A stretch of 64,000 bases of DNA from Marsupella aquatica (taxonomy: Eukaryota; Plantae; Marchantiophyta), in NCBI GenBank assembly GCA_973895155.1, contig OZ316894.1, positions 12,254,828 through 12,318,827 of the forward strand, written 5' to 3'. Position 1 is the first letter of the stretch, and the number at the start of each line of letters is the position of its first letter. The notes under the pieces were generated by a model. That model was not told the origin of the DNA. It worked only from the letters and a program-made list of their open reading frames with translations, and searched no databases. Shown here one piece after another: positions 1 to 10,828 of the stretch. The translations under genes and the position numbers were made by a program.

Positions 1-80
1 CTCTTTATTGAGTTGCTTTGCCTTTCAGATCCTGTCTCCCAGTTCGTCTCCCAGTTTGGCATTATTGCCTTTTGGCACTT

Positions 81-81
<1 letters not shown>

Positions 82-120
<39 letters not shown>

Positions 121-133
121 ATGTGTGTGTGTG
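82..133. repeat. (TA)n/(TG)n compound microsatellite
   Basis: A run of TA dinucleotides followed by TG dinucleotides is directly visible. Confidence 0.9.
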
Positions 134-204
134 TATTGTGTATATTGTGTGTATGTGTATAAACACATTCACTCATTGTTACCTTTCTCACTGATCCTTC
201 TATA

Positions 205-1522
205 CATATATCATTGCTAAAAGAAAGAAAGGAAAAAGCCCAACTGAAGGGGACACATGGTCCCATAGGCAGAGTAACCCAATAAAAGGAGGGGGAGAGG
301 CCCTAGTGTAATGCTGACAGAAACGCTTGCTGTCACCTTACAGTGTGCTCAAGCTCGGGCCATCCATCGTCAAACTTTGACAGTGGGTGCTAGTGTGCCT
401 CCGCAGCGGCTAGCACCCCTAGAGGACATTCCAGTCCCACTGGTCGATTTAGTTTCGACACTTGATGTGAACCATTAGCTATTAGCCACATTAGCTAGGA
501 ATGTTAAGGACCTCGGTTCATTTGCAGTTGTTTTAGTTCCCCTTCCTTGGTTCTTAGAGGTTTCTTTTTGCTCACTTCTTTTGCATTTGGTTTTGCCCAC
601 TTGGGACCTCTTTTTGGCACTTTTCTGTAAAAAGTTTGTGTATGTTTTTAAAAGTTGCTGTCATATTTCCTAAAAAGAGAGAACTCACACACTCATTTTT
701 GAGTGATATCCTATGTTTTAAAACCCCACATCTACACTGCCAGTGTCTCCAAGCAGTACACGTAATGCTCCATACACGTAACCGCAATTCCTCCCCTTTC
801 TTTCGAGTTGGCCATACGTACCATATCTGTACTCAATGATTTCCTACCTGAAGGTAGACATGCAAGACATCAGCTTATTTGCTTGCTTAATCCTGACATA
901 GAAACACTTATTTGCCAAAGGACAAAAGCACCAAAAGAGGAAACACATCCACTCATTTTTGTATATTGTATTTTTATAAACAAATCTACTCATCAACTTT
1001 CAAGTCATGCCAATTGCGGTACAGCCAACGTTCACACCTGTCTCTGACCAAAGAGACTTTACCGGCAATCTAATGCCATTGCCACCAAATGAGGTACACT
1101 CTGACCAAAGCGCTCTATACATGTACCACAGTGCCCAAAGACAAAAAACCAAGGGAAAGTGTCAAAAAGGGTCACAAAGACAAAGCATTCTCTATATATG
1201 TTCCTTGTTTTTAATATATCACACTGTCAACGAATAAGAAGGCCCAAAGAATTGTTTCACTCTTATAAATCATACTTCGTATAATATAGTGCAACCTTGA
1301 GACCCAATAATCGAGAGAAAAGAATGGAAAAACTCAACTTGGACCAACAGGAACCTAGAGACCCCCAAAAAGAGTGTAACATCCGTTTATTTACCGAAAG
1401 GGCCAAACAAGTAATAATGATGTCACAGCAATACAGGTCCCAAACTAAAAATAAGTGTGCAAATATCTCCCAAAACCTGCAAACCCCAAGTGACCAAAGG
1501 GACAAAAAACATGGAGTCCCTA
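205..1522 (+). repeat. Dispersed ~1 kb repeat, copy A (interrupted by a retroelement fragment); copy B at ~20428-21415
   Basis: Long near-identical blocks are shared with 20430-21415, e.g. TTTCCTAAAAAGAGAGA..CTCACACACTCATTTTTGAGTGATATCCTATG and GGACCAACAGGAACCTAGAGACCC. Confidence 0.9.
336..654 (+). mobile_element. 5'-truncated copy (last codons plus 3' UTR) of the RLE non-LTR retrotransposon at 51958-55950
   Basis: Matches the reverse complement of ~51965-52355 (GCTCAAGCTCGGGCCATC, ACAGTGGGTGCTAGTGTGCCTCCGCAGCGGCTAGC, CTTGATGTG.ACCATTAGCT). It is flanked by direct repeat TTGCTGTCA (327-335, 655-663) and is absent from the paralogous site at ~20528-20536. Confidence 0.9.
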
Positions 1523-2589
1523 TATAGCATGTTCATCCTATTACATGCCTATTTTGACTTATCTTAAAGAATTGAAATGAGGAGACATTTTATTTTTAAC
1601 CTAAGTTTATGAAAAATAAGTATTGAAAGAATGATTATACAAAAGTTAATGAAAAAATTGCACACCGTTTTAAAAGTGAGAAAAGTACAATACTACATGT
1701 GCATTAATTGAAAGATATTACAATAGTTAATGTACTTGTACAGCAAAGTGAATGAGACAAGATAACCAAAGAATGTTCCACACCATATAGTAGTCTCGAA
1801 AAAAATGGAGTCCCTACTAGTAAACCAAAGCATGCAATCCAAATATATGGTTACTGACGTATTTCTTGGTCCAAATCTGGACTTAATTCCTCATTAGCCA
1901 GATCCTGGGTTCCCATTGGAACCGAGACTGGAATGCAAGCCCGCCACAAAGTTTCCCGAGGGCGGACAAAGAAGTGTGAGTGAAGAGTCACAGCTACACA
2001 ATGTTTTCATTCTTTTGGTACAAAGTATAAATCTAGTTGATTCTACTTGTACCTTGACTTGTATCCTGCTGGTCAGAACTTCTGGTTGGGAACCGACAGG
2101 TTTAGTAACTTCAGGATTTTGTTGATGGTTTTGTGCGTAAATAAAAACCAATAAATCTTGGAAGGCAAGTTTGAGGGTAGGGAACCGTGGCAGGAACCCA
2201 GGTTTTTGCTATTGGTTTCATGTGAAAGTGTATTTCTGGGAAACATCGTTAAAACTCTTTTCCACTAGGCCTCAGTAAAAGACCGCCACCACCTTTGCCT
2301 CAAATACATGTCCCTATCACCCCATCAAATTCATTTTCCTCAGTATGTCAGGTGTTTCTGAATCATCTTCAGATGTTGTGCACATGATTGGGCGTGATCA
2401 TTCAGGTCTGATGGAAGATTTAGACTCCTACTCACTTCCTGACAATTTATTTGATCTGGATGCTGAGAGTTCAGAGGAGCCTTCCCTTCGCAGATCATTA
2501 CACACTAATAAAGGTACTTTACCACACCCTGTATCGTTCATCATATCGAGTTCGTGTTCATAATATCCATGCCTAAAAGCCATGGTTCA

Positions 2590-2860
2590 CCCTTCTGAGC
2601 CATCATCATTATCATAAGCGTTGGCTTCTCCTGAAGGTGATAACTGGCAACAAGCTATTGGTGCAGAACATACATCTCTCCTGAAGGATAAACCTGGACC
2701 TTAGCTGACCTCCCTCCTGGTAGGTCTGTTGTCTCTTGCAAATGGATCTTATACCAAAATTATATAACTTAGACGGCACCATTATTTCGCTGTAGAGCAT
2801 GCCTTTTTGCTCGACGGTTTTTCTCACGGTGAGGAGATAGATTGTCATGACATTTTTGAA
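2590..2860 (+). pseudogene. Ty1/copia reverse transcriptase N-terminal relic (frameshifted)
   Basis: Pieced translation EPSS..ALASPEGDNWQQAIGAEHTSLLKD.TWTLADLPPGRSVVSCKWI..YNLDGTI..RA matches the copia EP..W..AM..E...L..N.TW.LV.LP.G...I.CKWV pattern. Confidence 0.8.
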
Positions 2861-3560
2861 GTTGCTATATGGAGAATGCAACTTTCAGTATTTTGTCTTA
2901 TTGAAACTTTTTTTGTTATGCATTTTTATTTCAATGTGTCTTACCAAGGTGCATCCCTTGTATAGTTTAGATTTCCAATTTATTCTGGCACCCCTCTAAT
3001 TTTTAAATTTTTTTGCTATATTTTAAGATCATCCACCCTATAACAAAGCTCGTTGAATTTCTAGCCCTTCTTCTCATGAGTACAGAAAAAATGATCTAAA
3101 TAATGTGCACACCCTATGTCTTTAAGTACTACTCATGGTTTTGTATCCTAAATTTATGGTTTTAATTATTTTGGTTGTCATTACCTAAAGTAAGTACATA
3201 AATATCTCTACTCATGTACATTATGTGCACACCCCAATACCATAAACTTAAACTTTTCTGTTCATTATTATTTTTCTTTACATGTGTATTTTTATTTTAG
3301 TACCTTATGTGCACAAGTTTCAATATCATAGAGACCATAAGTCTTCCTAGTCAATGTCCTGTTTATATTTTAATTAGAACACCTGTATATCACTAAAAAA
3401 CAAAAAATGAAGCATGTTCCAGGATGAGGCATGCTATATCATGAAACATTTTCTCCTAGGCAACCAAATTTTTGTTGTTTGTTATTTTACCGACTTAATG
3501 GTCTACTCCACCGCGGTTCAAGCTTCTTAAAGCTGCTATGTGGAGAATAGGCTCATAGCT

Positions 3561-4199
3561 GAGGTATATGCTTGATGGCCCTCTGGTGTAACTTTCCTAC
3601 CTGATGGGCCCCTACAATTTTTTTTTAATTTAATAGGCCCCCTCTACATTTTTGTGTCAGTTCTTCTTCTTCACGGTTCACTATGCATTTGGCGCGGACA
3701 ATGGTGGACTGGACGGTAGCTCGCAATGTACAACATAGGGCTTGTTGTGGTCAAATTCATAGTTTTGCACGGGTAATTGTAACATGCAAACAAACAGTAA
3801 AAAAAATTCTCGCACGAGAAAAATAATTCTTGCATGACCCCTATTTTTCTACATCCAACCATTGCCTGGCTGGCTATCAACTACCTGGTTGGTAACATCC
3901 CTTTTGGGGACTCCCGTTTTTGCTAGCAAGCTCACTAGCCATCTGGAGTCTTTAAAAAACACAAAAATATTAATGAGACCAAAAAGCAAATCAAATTTGA
4001 AACCATTAGTGTCTCGCTAATAACATTTCCTTGCTATCAAAATCTCCTGTTTGCTCGCAACATATAATACCTTGGTTGGCACCTCACAAGAACAGTGAGT
4101 ACGACTCATTAAGAGGGGGCCTTTTAGGTTAAAAAAACCTGTTTCCAGGGGCCATCATGTAAGAAAGTTACACAAGAAGGCCCATCAAGGATATATCTC
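3561..4199. mobile_element. Non-autonomous Mutator-like MITE with long imperfect TIRs
   Basis: Left end GAGGTATATGCTTGATGGCCCTCTGGTGTAACTTTCCTACCTGATGGGCCCC versus right end reverse complement GAGATATATCCTTGATGGGCCTTCTTGTGTAACTTTCTTACATGATGGCCCC. Flanking (C/T)TCATAGCT at 3552-3560 and 4201-4209 is a probable 9-bp TSD. Confidence 0.8.
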
Positions 4200-4357
4200 T
4201 TTCATAGCTCTACCTATTGTACCTTACAGATGACACATTTTTTCAATAACTTTGTACCATACTTAGATGTACAAATTTGTACTTTAGGGACGCCACAATT
4301 CTTCAATACCATTGTACAACTGCTATACTTTTCTGGATCATTGGAAAGTGATGATCT

Positions 4358-4647
4358 GGAACTAAGAGGTCCCAGGTTCAATCCCCCCTCCACACACTGG
4401 GGTGTGGAGGGTATTTGTGTGTGGGTGGGATGGGTTTTGTGGATAGTGGATTGGAGTTCTGATTATCTGCTCGGCCCCTAGTCGTCCAATTTGTGGCCCT
4501 GATTTAATCCTCTCTCCTTCCTGGTGCGGGTCCCTGTAAGATCCGTTGGGGCTCACCCTGGTCTGGGTTCCCTACAGAAAAACTGTCAAATTGGGATGGG
4601 GGGAGTCTAATTGTATTTCCTCCCCATTTCCGTTCAAGACAAAAAAA
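4358..4647 (+). mobile_element. tRNA-derived SINE, probably 5'-truncated, with A-tail and 14-bp TSD
   Basis: B-box/T-arm-like AAGAGGTCCCAGGTTCAATCCCC lies at the 5' end and an A7 tail at 4641-4647. A perfect TSD GAAAGTGATGATCT occurs at 4344-4357 and 4648-4661. Confidence 0.8.
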
Positions 4648-4658
4648 GAAAGTGATGA

Positions 4659-6544
4659 TCTACATCTATAATAAGGGATCCCGCCAAATCCCCTTCATCG
4701 TCCGTTTACAAAAAGAGAAAAAGGAGGGAACATTGCTTTACCGGATATGTGCAGGAATATTTGGGACTCTTGGATTGGGGGAAAAGGTGCCCATAATTTG
4801 AATAGACTTAGGATAGTATACTTAGTACATGTGCTAGCTAGACTACACAATACTAGCTAGAGTACACATTCAATGCTATAGAGTTCAAAAAGTATTTCTT
4901 AGCATGGAGTGACATGGAGTAGTAAATGAATAGAATGACCTGAGATTAAGATTTATGGCATTGAGCAAATAGAGATAAAATGAATTGACATGAGAAAATT
5001 TTCTGGCCTTTTTCCTTTCCAAAAGTGAATATTCATTTTTTGGAAAGTTATTTTGTCTTTTCTTTCCAATGTTTTCTCCATTTTAATGGTGTTGGAGGGG
5101 AGAAAATGGGGAAGGGGGGAGGAAATAGGCACTTGAAGGGCACAGAAGGAAAGACACATACAGCAAGGGGGAGCCAAGGGGAGGGGGCGGGGGAAATGGG
5201 GGGCAACCCATGGTGCAACCCCATGATGCCCAGAGACATTCTTACCCATTGTGCGACCCCCACGCACTTAACTTGCCATCCCCAACAATATCAATACTCA
5301 ACTCTCACAACATGCAACATGGACTAAAACAACAACATTGTGGCACCAACAAACATGCACCCAAATGACACTCCGCAATCATAAAATGACAACATACTAG
5401 TGACACAGTTGGAACACCAACACATCCGCAACAATCACACAACCACGGGCATGTGCGACCACTATGACAACAACGAGTTAAAGTGACAATTGAATGACTT
5501 TCAGAACCACAACACAACCGCAATGACATCCCAACCACAAGCGCAACACAATTGCAATGACAATTGTGCAACGCATTGACATAGGGCCCAAAAGTTCACC
5601 TTGCCTGAGCCATGACACTTATTTTTCTCAACTACTTCCTCCACAAAATCCTTTGCAATGTGGGAGGGGCCAATGGCCCCCACCCAATATATTAGTTCTC
5701 CCATTTCCTTGACATTACTTGGAATTACATTTTCTACCCCAAAGCTCATAAGTGTCTCTTGCTCATAAGTGGATGATTTTTCTTTGCCTACACCTCTATT
5801 TGTTGTTTGCCCAAGTTCAATTTTGTGTCTCTTCTCTAGCTCTAAGAGTATTTTCTGTCTTGCCTCAAACACCACTACACCTTGGCCTGGCCTCTCGACT
5901 CCTGCTGCAAGTATTCTTGCATTGGGCTCCCCTCTTTTGTGGGGTCCAACTCTCCTCTCCCTCCCTTCTCCACTTGGAACCACAATATATCTTTTGACTC
6001 TCCGTTCTGCTTGTAACAACAACACTTGCCCTAACAACAGCCTTTCCTGAAAACTACAAGTGGAGGGGGAGAGGAGAAAATGGAAGGGAGGCAAGAGGGG
6101 GACAAAGGAATATAAAAAGAGGGGTGGAGCAAGAACGAGGTAGAACGGGGAAGGGAGGGGAAGGGAGGAGCCCGGGGAGGAGGGCTATAATTATTGAAAA
6201 AATAGTCATTAATTAAGTAAAAACATAACTAAAGAATTAAAATAAATCCCTTTCCCATCCCCTGAAAGGTTTCTTGCTCCTTATTTGGATTTCAAACTTC
6301 AATTTTATCTTTGGATCCCTTGAAGTTTCTCATTCCTAAGCCCCCTTGCTGACCTCACATCCCAATCACAAACCAAACCATGTTTGCCTCGCCTCAACAT
6401 CTTGCACTCACCTTGAAATCTTGCCCTCACCTTGACATGTTGCCCTCACCTTGAAATCTTGCGCTCACCTTGACATATTGCCCTCACCTTGACATCTTGC
6501 CCTCACCTCAAAATCTTTAGTGCAACGCATGGGCATGGGGCTAG
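4659..6544 (+). mobile_element. Non-autonomous Helitron, copy 1
   Basis: 5' end A|TCTACATCTATAATAAG; 3' end GTGCAACGCATGGGCATGGGGCTAG|T (subterminal hairpin plus CTAG, inserted at A|T). A homologous copy in reverse orientation lies at 42230-44099. A ~19-bp subterminal tandem repeat (TTGCCCTCACCTTGACATC) is at ~6400-6510. Confidence 0.85.
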
Positions 6545-6932
6545 TTTGTACTATATTTGCACAATTCTTCAGTACCTTTGTACCAGGTAGCTGTACTATG
6601 TACTTTCACTTTTCCTGTCCATAATTGTTGCATGGGTTGGACTTCTACTCTTGCATCACCCTCTACAATCCTGGCTAACAAATAGTACGCAATAGACAAA
6701 ATTATAATAATTATGGAGGATGAGCATAATATATACATAGACTTCATCCTTGGAAGTCATGGATGTCACCACCACTTTCAACCCAACTGTAGTACAAGTA
6801 CAAGATACTTGTGTTATTCTGATGTTTCGACTTGCTTGCCACTCCTTGAAACACTCCTTGAAAGGGTTCATCATTTCTAAGTACTCACGCCCATGTTGAC
6901 ATGAAGTCATTTACTTCAGTGGGTCCTTACTT

Positions 6933-7259
6933 ACCCTGGGTTCCCCCTATTGGTGTACCATGATAGGTAGTCATAGTCTTCCCCGCACCCGGCCCTGCCC
7001 CTCACCCAACCCCAACCCTGGAACTGGCCCGCCCCATCCCGGCCCCGGCTATGGTGGAAGCCGGGCTGGGCCGGGCCGGGGAAGGGGAGACCGGGAAGGG
7101 AGACTAGGGGATGGGGCCGGGAGCCAGGCCTGATTGAGTACTTGAGGCGGGGCAACCGGGGACCAGGACCGGGGGTTTTGCCAAGGGGACGGGCCGGGGG
7201 GGGTTTCCAAGGAAGTCGGGCCAGGGAGCTTTGGGCTGAGGAGCTTCAGGGCCCGGGGT
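6933..7259. mobile_element. GC-rich MITE-like insertion with short TIRs and 8-bp TSD
   Basis: Ends are ACCCTGGG ... CCCGGGGT (7/8 inverted match). Flanking CCTTACTT occurs at 6925-6932 and 7260-7267. The interior has a C-rich half followed by a G-rich half. Confidence 0.65.
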
Positions 7260-7324
7260 CCTTACTTCTAGTCGTGGAACTCGACTACCTTAACACTTAG
7301 CTCCGGCGTCGCTGACTCCGACGC

Positions 7325-7600
7325 CTCGACGGCCTCAATCCAAGGGGTGTCCCATATCACGCTCGAAATTTTGGGGGAATAAACACCCTAAAAGTTAAGT
7401 CAATAAAGGTTTTTGATAGGAATTTGTTTACCCCTAACTTAATAGAATATTCCAAGAATATTCCCATATTTGATTTAAAAAACCCTATGATTCTTATAAT
7501 TCTCAAAATTGGATTAAAATAACCCTAATGTTCTTCAACAAAAATTTAAAAGTATTTCACTAAACCCAATAAAAAAACCCTATACTTATTCATGTGACTT
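7325..7600 (+). mobile_element. Degenerate copy of the ~300-bp MITE family (see 27010-27319)
   Basis: About 250 bp are highly similar to 27020-27285 (TTTTGGGGGAATAAACACCCTAAAAGTT; TCAAAATTGGATTAAAATAACCCTAATGTTCTTCAACAAAAATTTAAAAGTATTTCACTAAAC). Confidence 0.75.
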
Positions 7601-8752
7601 TTTGATTTGTATCGTGCGGCACCAGAATGACGAGATCGACTTCAAGTGTTCTTGGCAACCAGGCTTCACAGGCTCTTTGTTAGGGTATTTAATTGTCACT
7701 CTCATTCAGGCTAACATTGATTGATGAGCACAATGTGAACGGTAGTTCAATGTGAGCTGACAGAAAAATATCCCTAATAGATGCTTTAGCCTCCACGACT
7801 ATAAAACTCTCTGCAACTCCAAATGCTCTACTGTTGGATGTGAAATAAAACCTCAAAAAACTATTGCATGGGGGAGTAAATGGTGCGGAGCCCTCAAATC
7901 ACTACCCTGGACCAAGACTACACAGCTTTCACCTCCAAATACTCTACAATAATATGTTGAAAAAAATATTTAAACACAATCTCAAAATTTATTTTTTTGA
8001 AAACCAACATCATTTAGTGTTATTTTTGCTTTCGGATCAAGTTTACATAAATTAGTGTGACTAACACTAATTTGGACATAACACTAATTACGTGAAGAGT
8101 GTACTTTGTCTCAACCAAGGTATATACAAGACATCAAGTTTAACATAATGTCTGATTGGAAGCCTGTAGTGCATCATTCATCTGTTTAAGTCTTCAAAGA
8201 TTTCCATGATGTATTTTCAATGGAATAAAGACATTCATTGATTTTCAAGAAAGCCATGTGTAGAGTAAAGTCTAATAGAGGGATTGTGGGATATAATGCA
8301 CCCCAAATGATGGCTTTAGCCCACATTTTGAGGGGACAAATATGCCAATATTAACCAGAATGTTAGCTTAAGTAAGAACATCCTTGAAGTTACTTCAATG
8401 CAATAGTGTGTTATTAAGGAAGAAGAAGTTAAAATGACAGGATTTCAGGCCATGCAAAGATTGTAGTACTTTGTTTTAAATGGGAAAAAAATTAGGACTT
8501 TGGTTAAGGGCCGAGATTGATGGGTCATTGCGTAATGTACTACTCAAAGCTACTCCTCAAAGCAAGGTGTGTGTGGTACAAAATATAGGCCCAATAAAAA
8601 ATCACAAAACTCTTTAGGTATATAGTAACATCCTTGTAACAGGCAAGCATCATGGCCATAATCTCCCCCAAAATGAGGGCTTTAATTAGCTAGAGTTTTG
8701 AGTGACTATTCTTGGCCATAATGTAGACGAGAAGACACTAATACACTTTAGC

Positions 8753-9756
8753 GGCTTACTAAGAGATTCTTTATTGATTTATGGGATTGCAGTGGAAGTA
8801 GACGAGAAGTTTAGTAACGCCCCAGTCCAAATCTGGAAGGCGCATTCTTCAATAAAGCTCTAAACAATAAAGAACCAGAAACTACAAGCCAGGAGACAAA
8901 TCACAAAGGGTATTAAGATAATGTAGCTGTATCATCAGCTGCAAGAATTGGGGTTTGAAAGAATTGCTCCAGGAATTGCTCCTTAGGGCCTTCCTAAGAG
9001 ATTCATGGATTATTGATTTATTGATTTTCAGTGAAGTAGGCGAGAAGATGAGTAACTAATGCCCCCACTCGGGGGTTTCACTTCTACAAAAATGACATAT
9101 CACGTGCGACGAAGGATAGGGTCATTTTATTGGTTCTAAGGGAAGACTTAAATTTTTTTGTAGAAGAACAATATGGTCTTTTAAATTCAATTTTGAGACT
9201 TATAAGAACATTAGTGTCTTTTTAATCCAATTTTTAGAATATTCCAAGAATATTCCAACTTTATAGGGGTTAAAAAATAAATAAAAAATTCTTACATTTT
9301 AGGGGGTCCGAGGCCTAAAAACGTCGCAGGCGATGGAGAGATCCCCATATAGTGAGACCCCTAAGTGCCCCCATATCCAAATCTGGAAAGCGCATTTTTG
9401 TCAATTAAGCTTCAAACAATAAAGCACCAGAAATCATAATGAGACAAATCAGGAAGGGTATTTAGATGATGTAACTGCCTCATCAGCCGCAAGAATTGGG
9501 GTTCAAAAGAATTGGTCCTTAAGGCCTTAAGGGCCTTACTAAGAGATTCTTAAATTATTGATTTTTTAACTTTTAGTGAAAGTAGACTAGAAGATTAGTA
9601 ATGCCCTCCGTCAACCTCGAATGTGCATTCTTTTCAGTAAAGCTCCAAACACTAGAGCACCAACAACTACAAACAGACAAATCACGAACTTCAAGGGTAT
9701 TAAGATGATGTAGCTGCCTCAGCAGCCGCAAGAATGGAGGTTCGAAAGAATTGGTC
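8753..9756 (+). repeat. Three tandem ~235-bp diverged units; the second is interrupted by a MITE
   Basis: Recurring blocks CTAAGAGATTC (units start ~8753, 8987, 9532), GAAGTAG.C.AGAAG, AGACAAATCA, AAGGGTATT.AGAT.ATGTA.CTG and CAGC.GCAAGAAT. Confidence 0.85.
9068..9365. mobile_element. ~300-bp MITE with 8-bp TSD (hAT-like TSD length)
   Basis: Left end CTCGGGGGTTTCACT, right end reverse complement CTTAGGGGTCTCACT. TSD TGCCCCCA lies at 9060-9067 and 9366-9373. The neighbouring tandem unit at ~8815-8830 shows the empty site. Confidence 0.8.
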
Positions 9757-10828
9757 GATCCAGGTCCACGACGACTAGAGAGGTTGCGATTTGGACAAAT
9801 AGTTGCATGAAATGTTGCACCGCGTCTTTTTCTTCCTCTTTTGCTCGAGAAAGACTGCATGCGCGGTTGTATCTCATGCGCTGAATTGGATCTACTGTAG
9901 AGCCCTAGACGAAGACCTAGTCCAGCCCCGTAAGCTCCTTCCAAAGAGCGATCAAAGTGTCACAGTTTACGCTCGTGTAATAAGGAGAAGATCAGGCCCG
10001 GCTAGGAGTGTCAGGGTCATGTGGATGAACAATTTCAGTCCTCTAAACCACGAACGCTCATGTAAGGAGAAAGATCAGGCTCAGCCACGATTGTCAGAGT
10101 CACGTCGATCAAAAATGCACAGTCCCGTAAAACGTGTCGTCCATTAATAAGATATACAGTAAAGCTGTACTTGTAGGCCCTACCGGGGACGTTAGCTCTA
10201 GGAGCTGCTGTCTGGTCGTTTCACCGATCATGACGATCTACATAACATACGTCTGGAGGCCCTACAGTAGATCCAGCTGCAGAAATTTGCGTTGCTCGGA
10301 TCTTTCTCACTACAGGGTCAGCACAGAGAACGAATAAGACTGACTTTTCCTCAGGGAGGCATCTCTGTCTGTCCAGACTCTGGACCCAACGCAACCGGGC
10401 GGGGGATCGCTTCTATAGATCTCGCGCTGTAGTCAGATGTCTTACGCATACTCCAAGTCCCACCACATCATTCTGTCGCACCCAGTACTCCAGGCACATT
10501 CAGTTCTGGGGAGCACAAAACTGCACCTTCTGGCTCTCGGCACTCAGTGTTCCGGTTCTTGCTCGGATCATTGAACGATAGGGTCTCTCAAGTGGCTCAA
10601 TCAACTGAACTGCCAATACGTGCACTGACCTCGACCCCAAGAGCTTAAGTTCAAGCTGCGAGGGAGGAGAGCTAGTGACTGAATCAACTGGATTGACGGA
10701 GTTGCAGTACTCCATAAATCTTAAGAGGAGAGACGGTGACTGAATGAGCTGGAATGAAGGAACTCCAGGACTCCATTTCTCACTATTAGCAGGACAAGTT
10801 GCGACATTGCATTCAAGTATAACTTGGA

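Noticed and set aside
1-135. T-rich tract ending TTTTGGCACTTT before a microsatellite, like the retroelement 3' tail
   Set aside because: It is a 12-nt match at the window edge, which is insufficient.
5501-6094. 197-aa minus-strand ORF
   Set aside because: It lies inside the Helitron, the frame is not preserved in copy 2, and it has no recognisable domain.
6400-6510. CRISPR-like regular short repeats
   Set aside because: The ~19-bp units are contiguous with no unique spacers; they are a Helitron subterminal repeat in a eukaryote with no cas genes.
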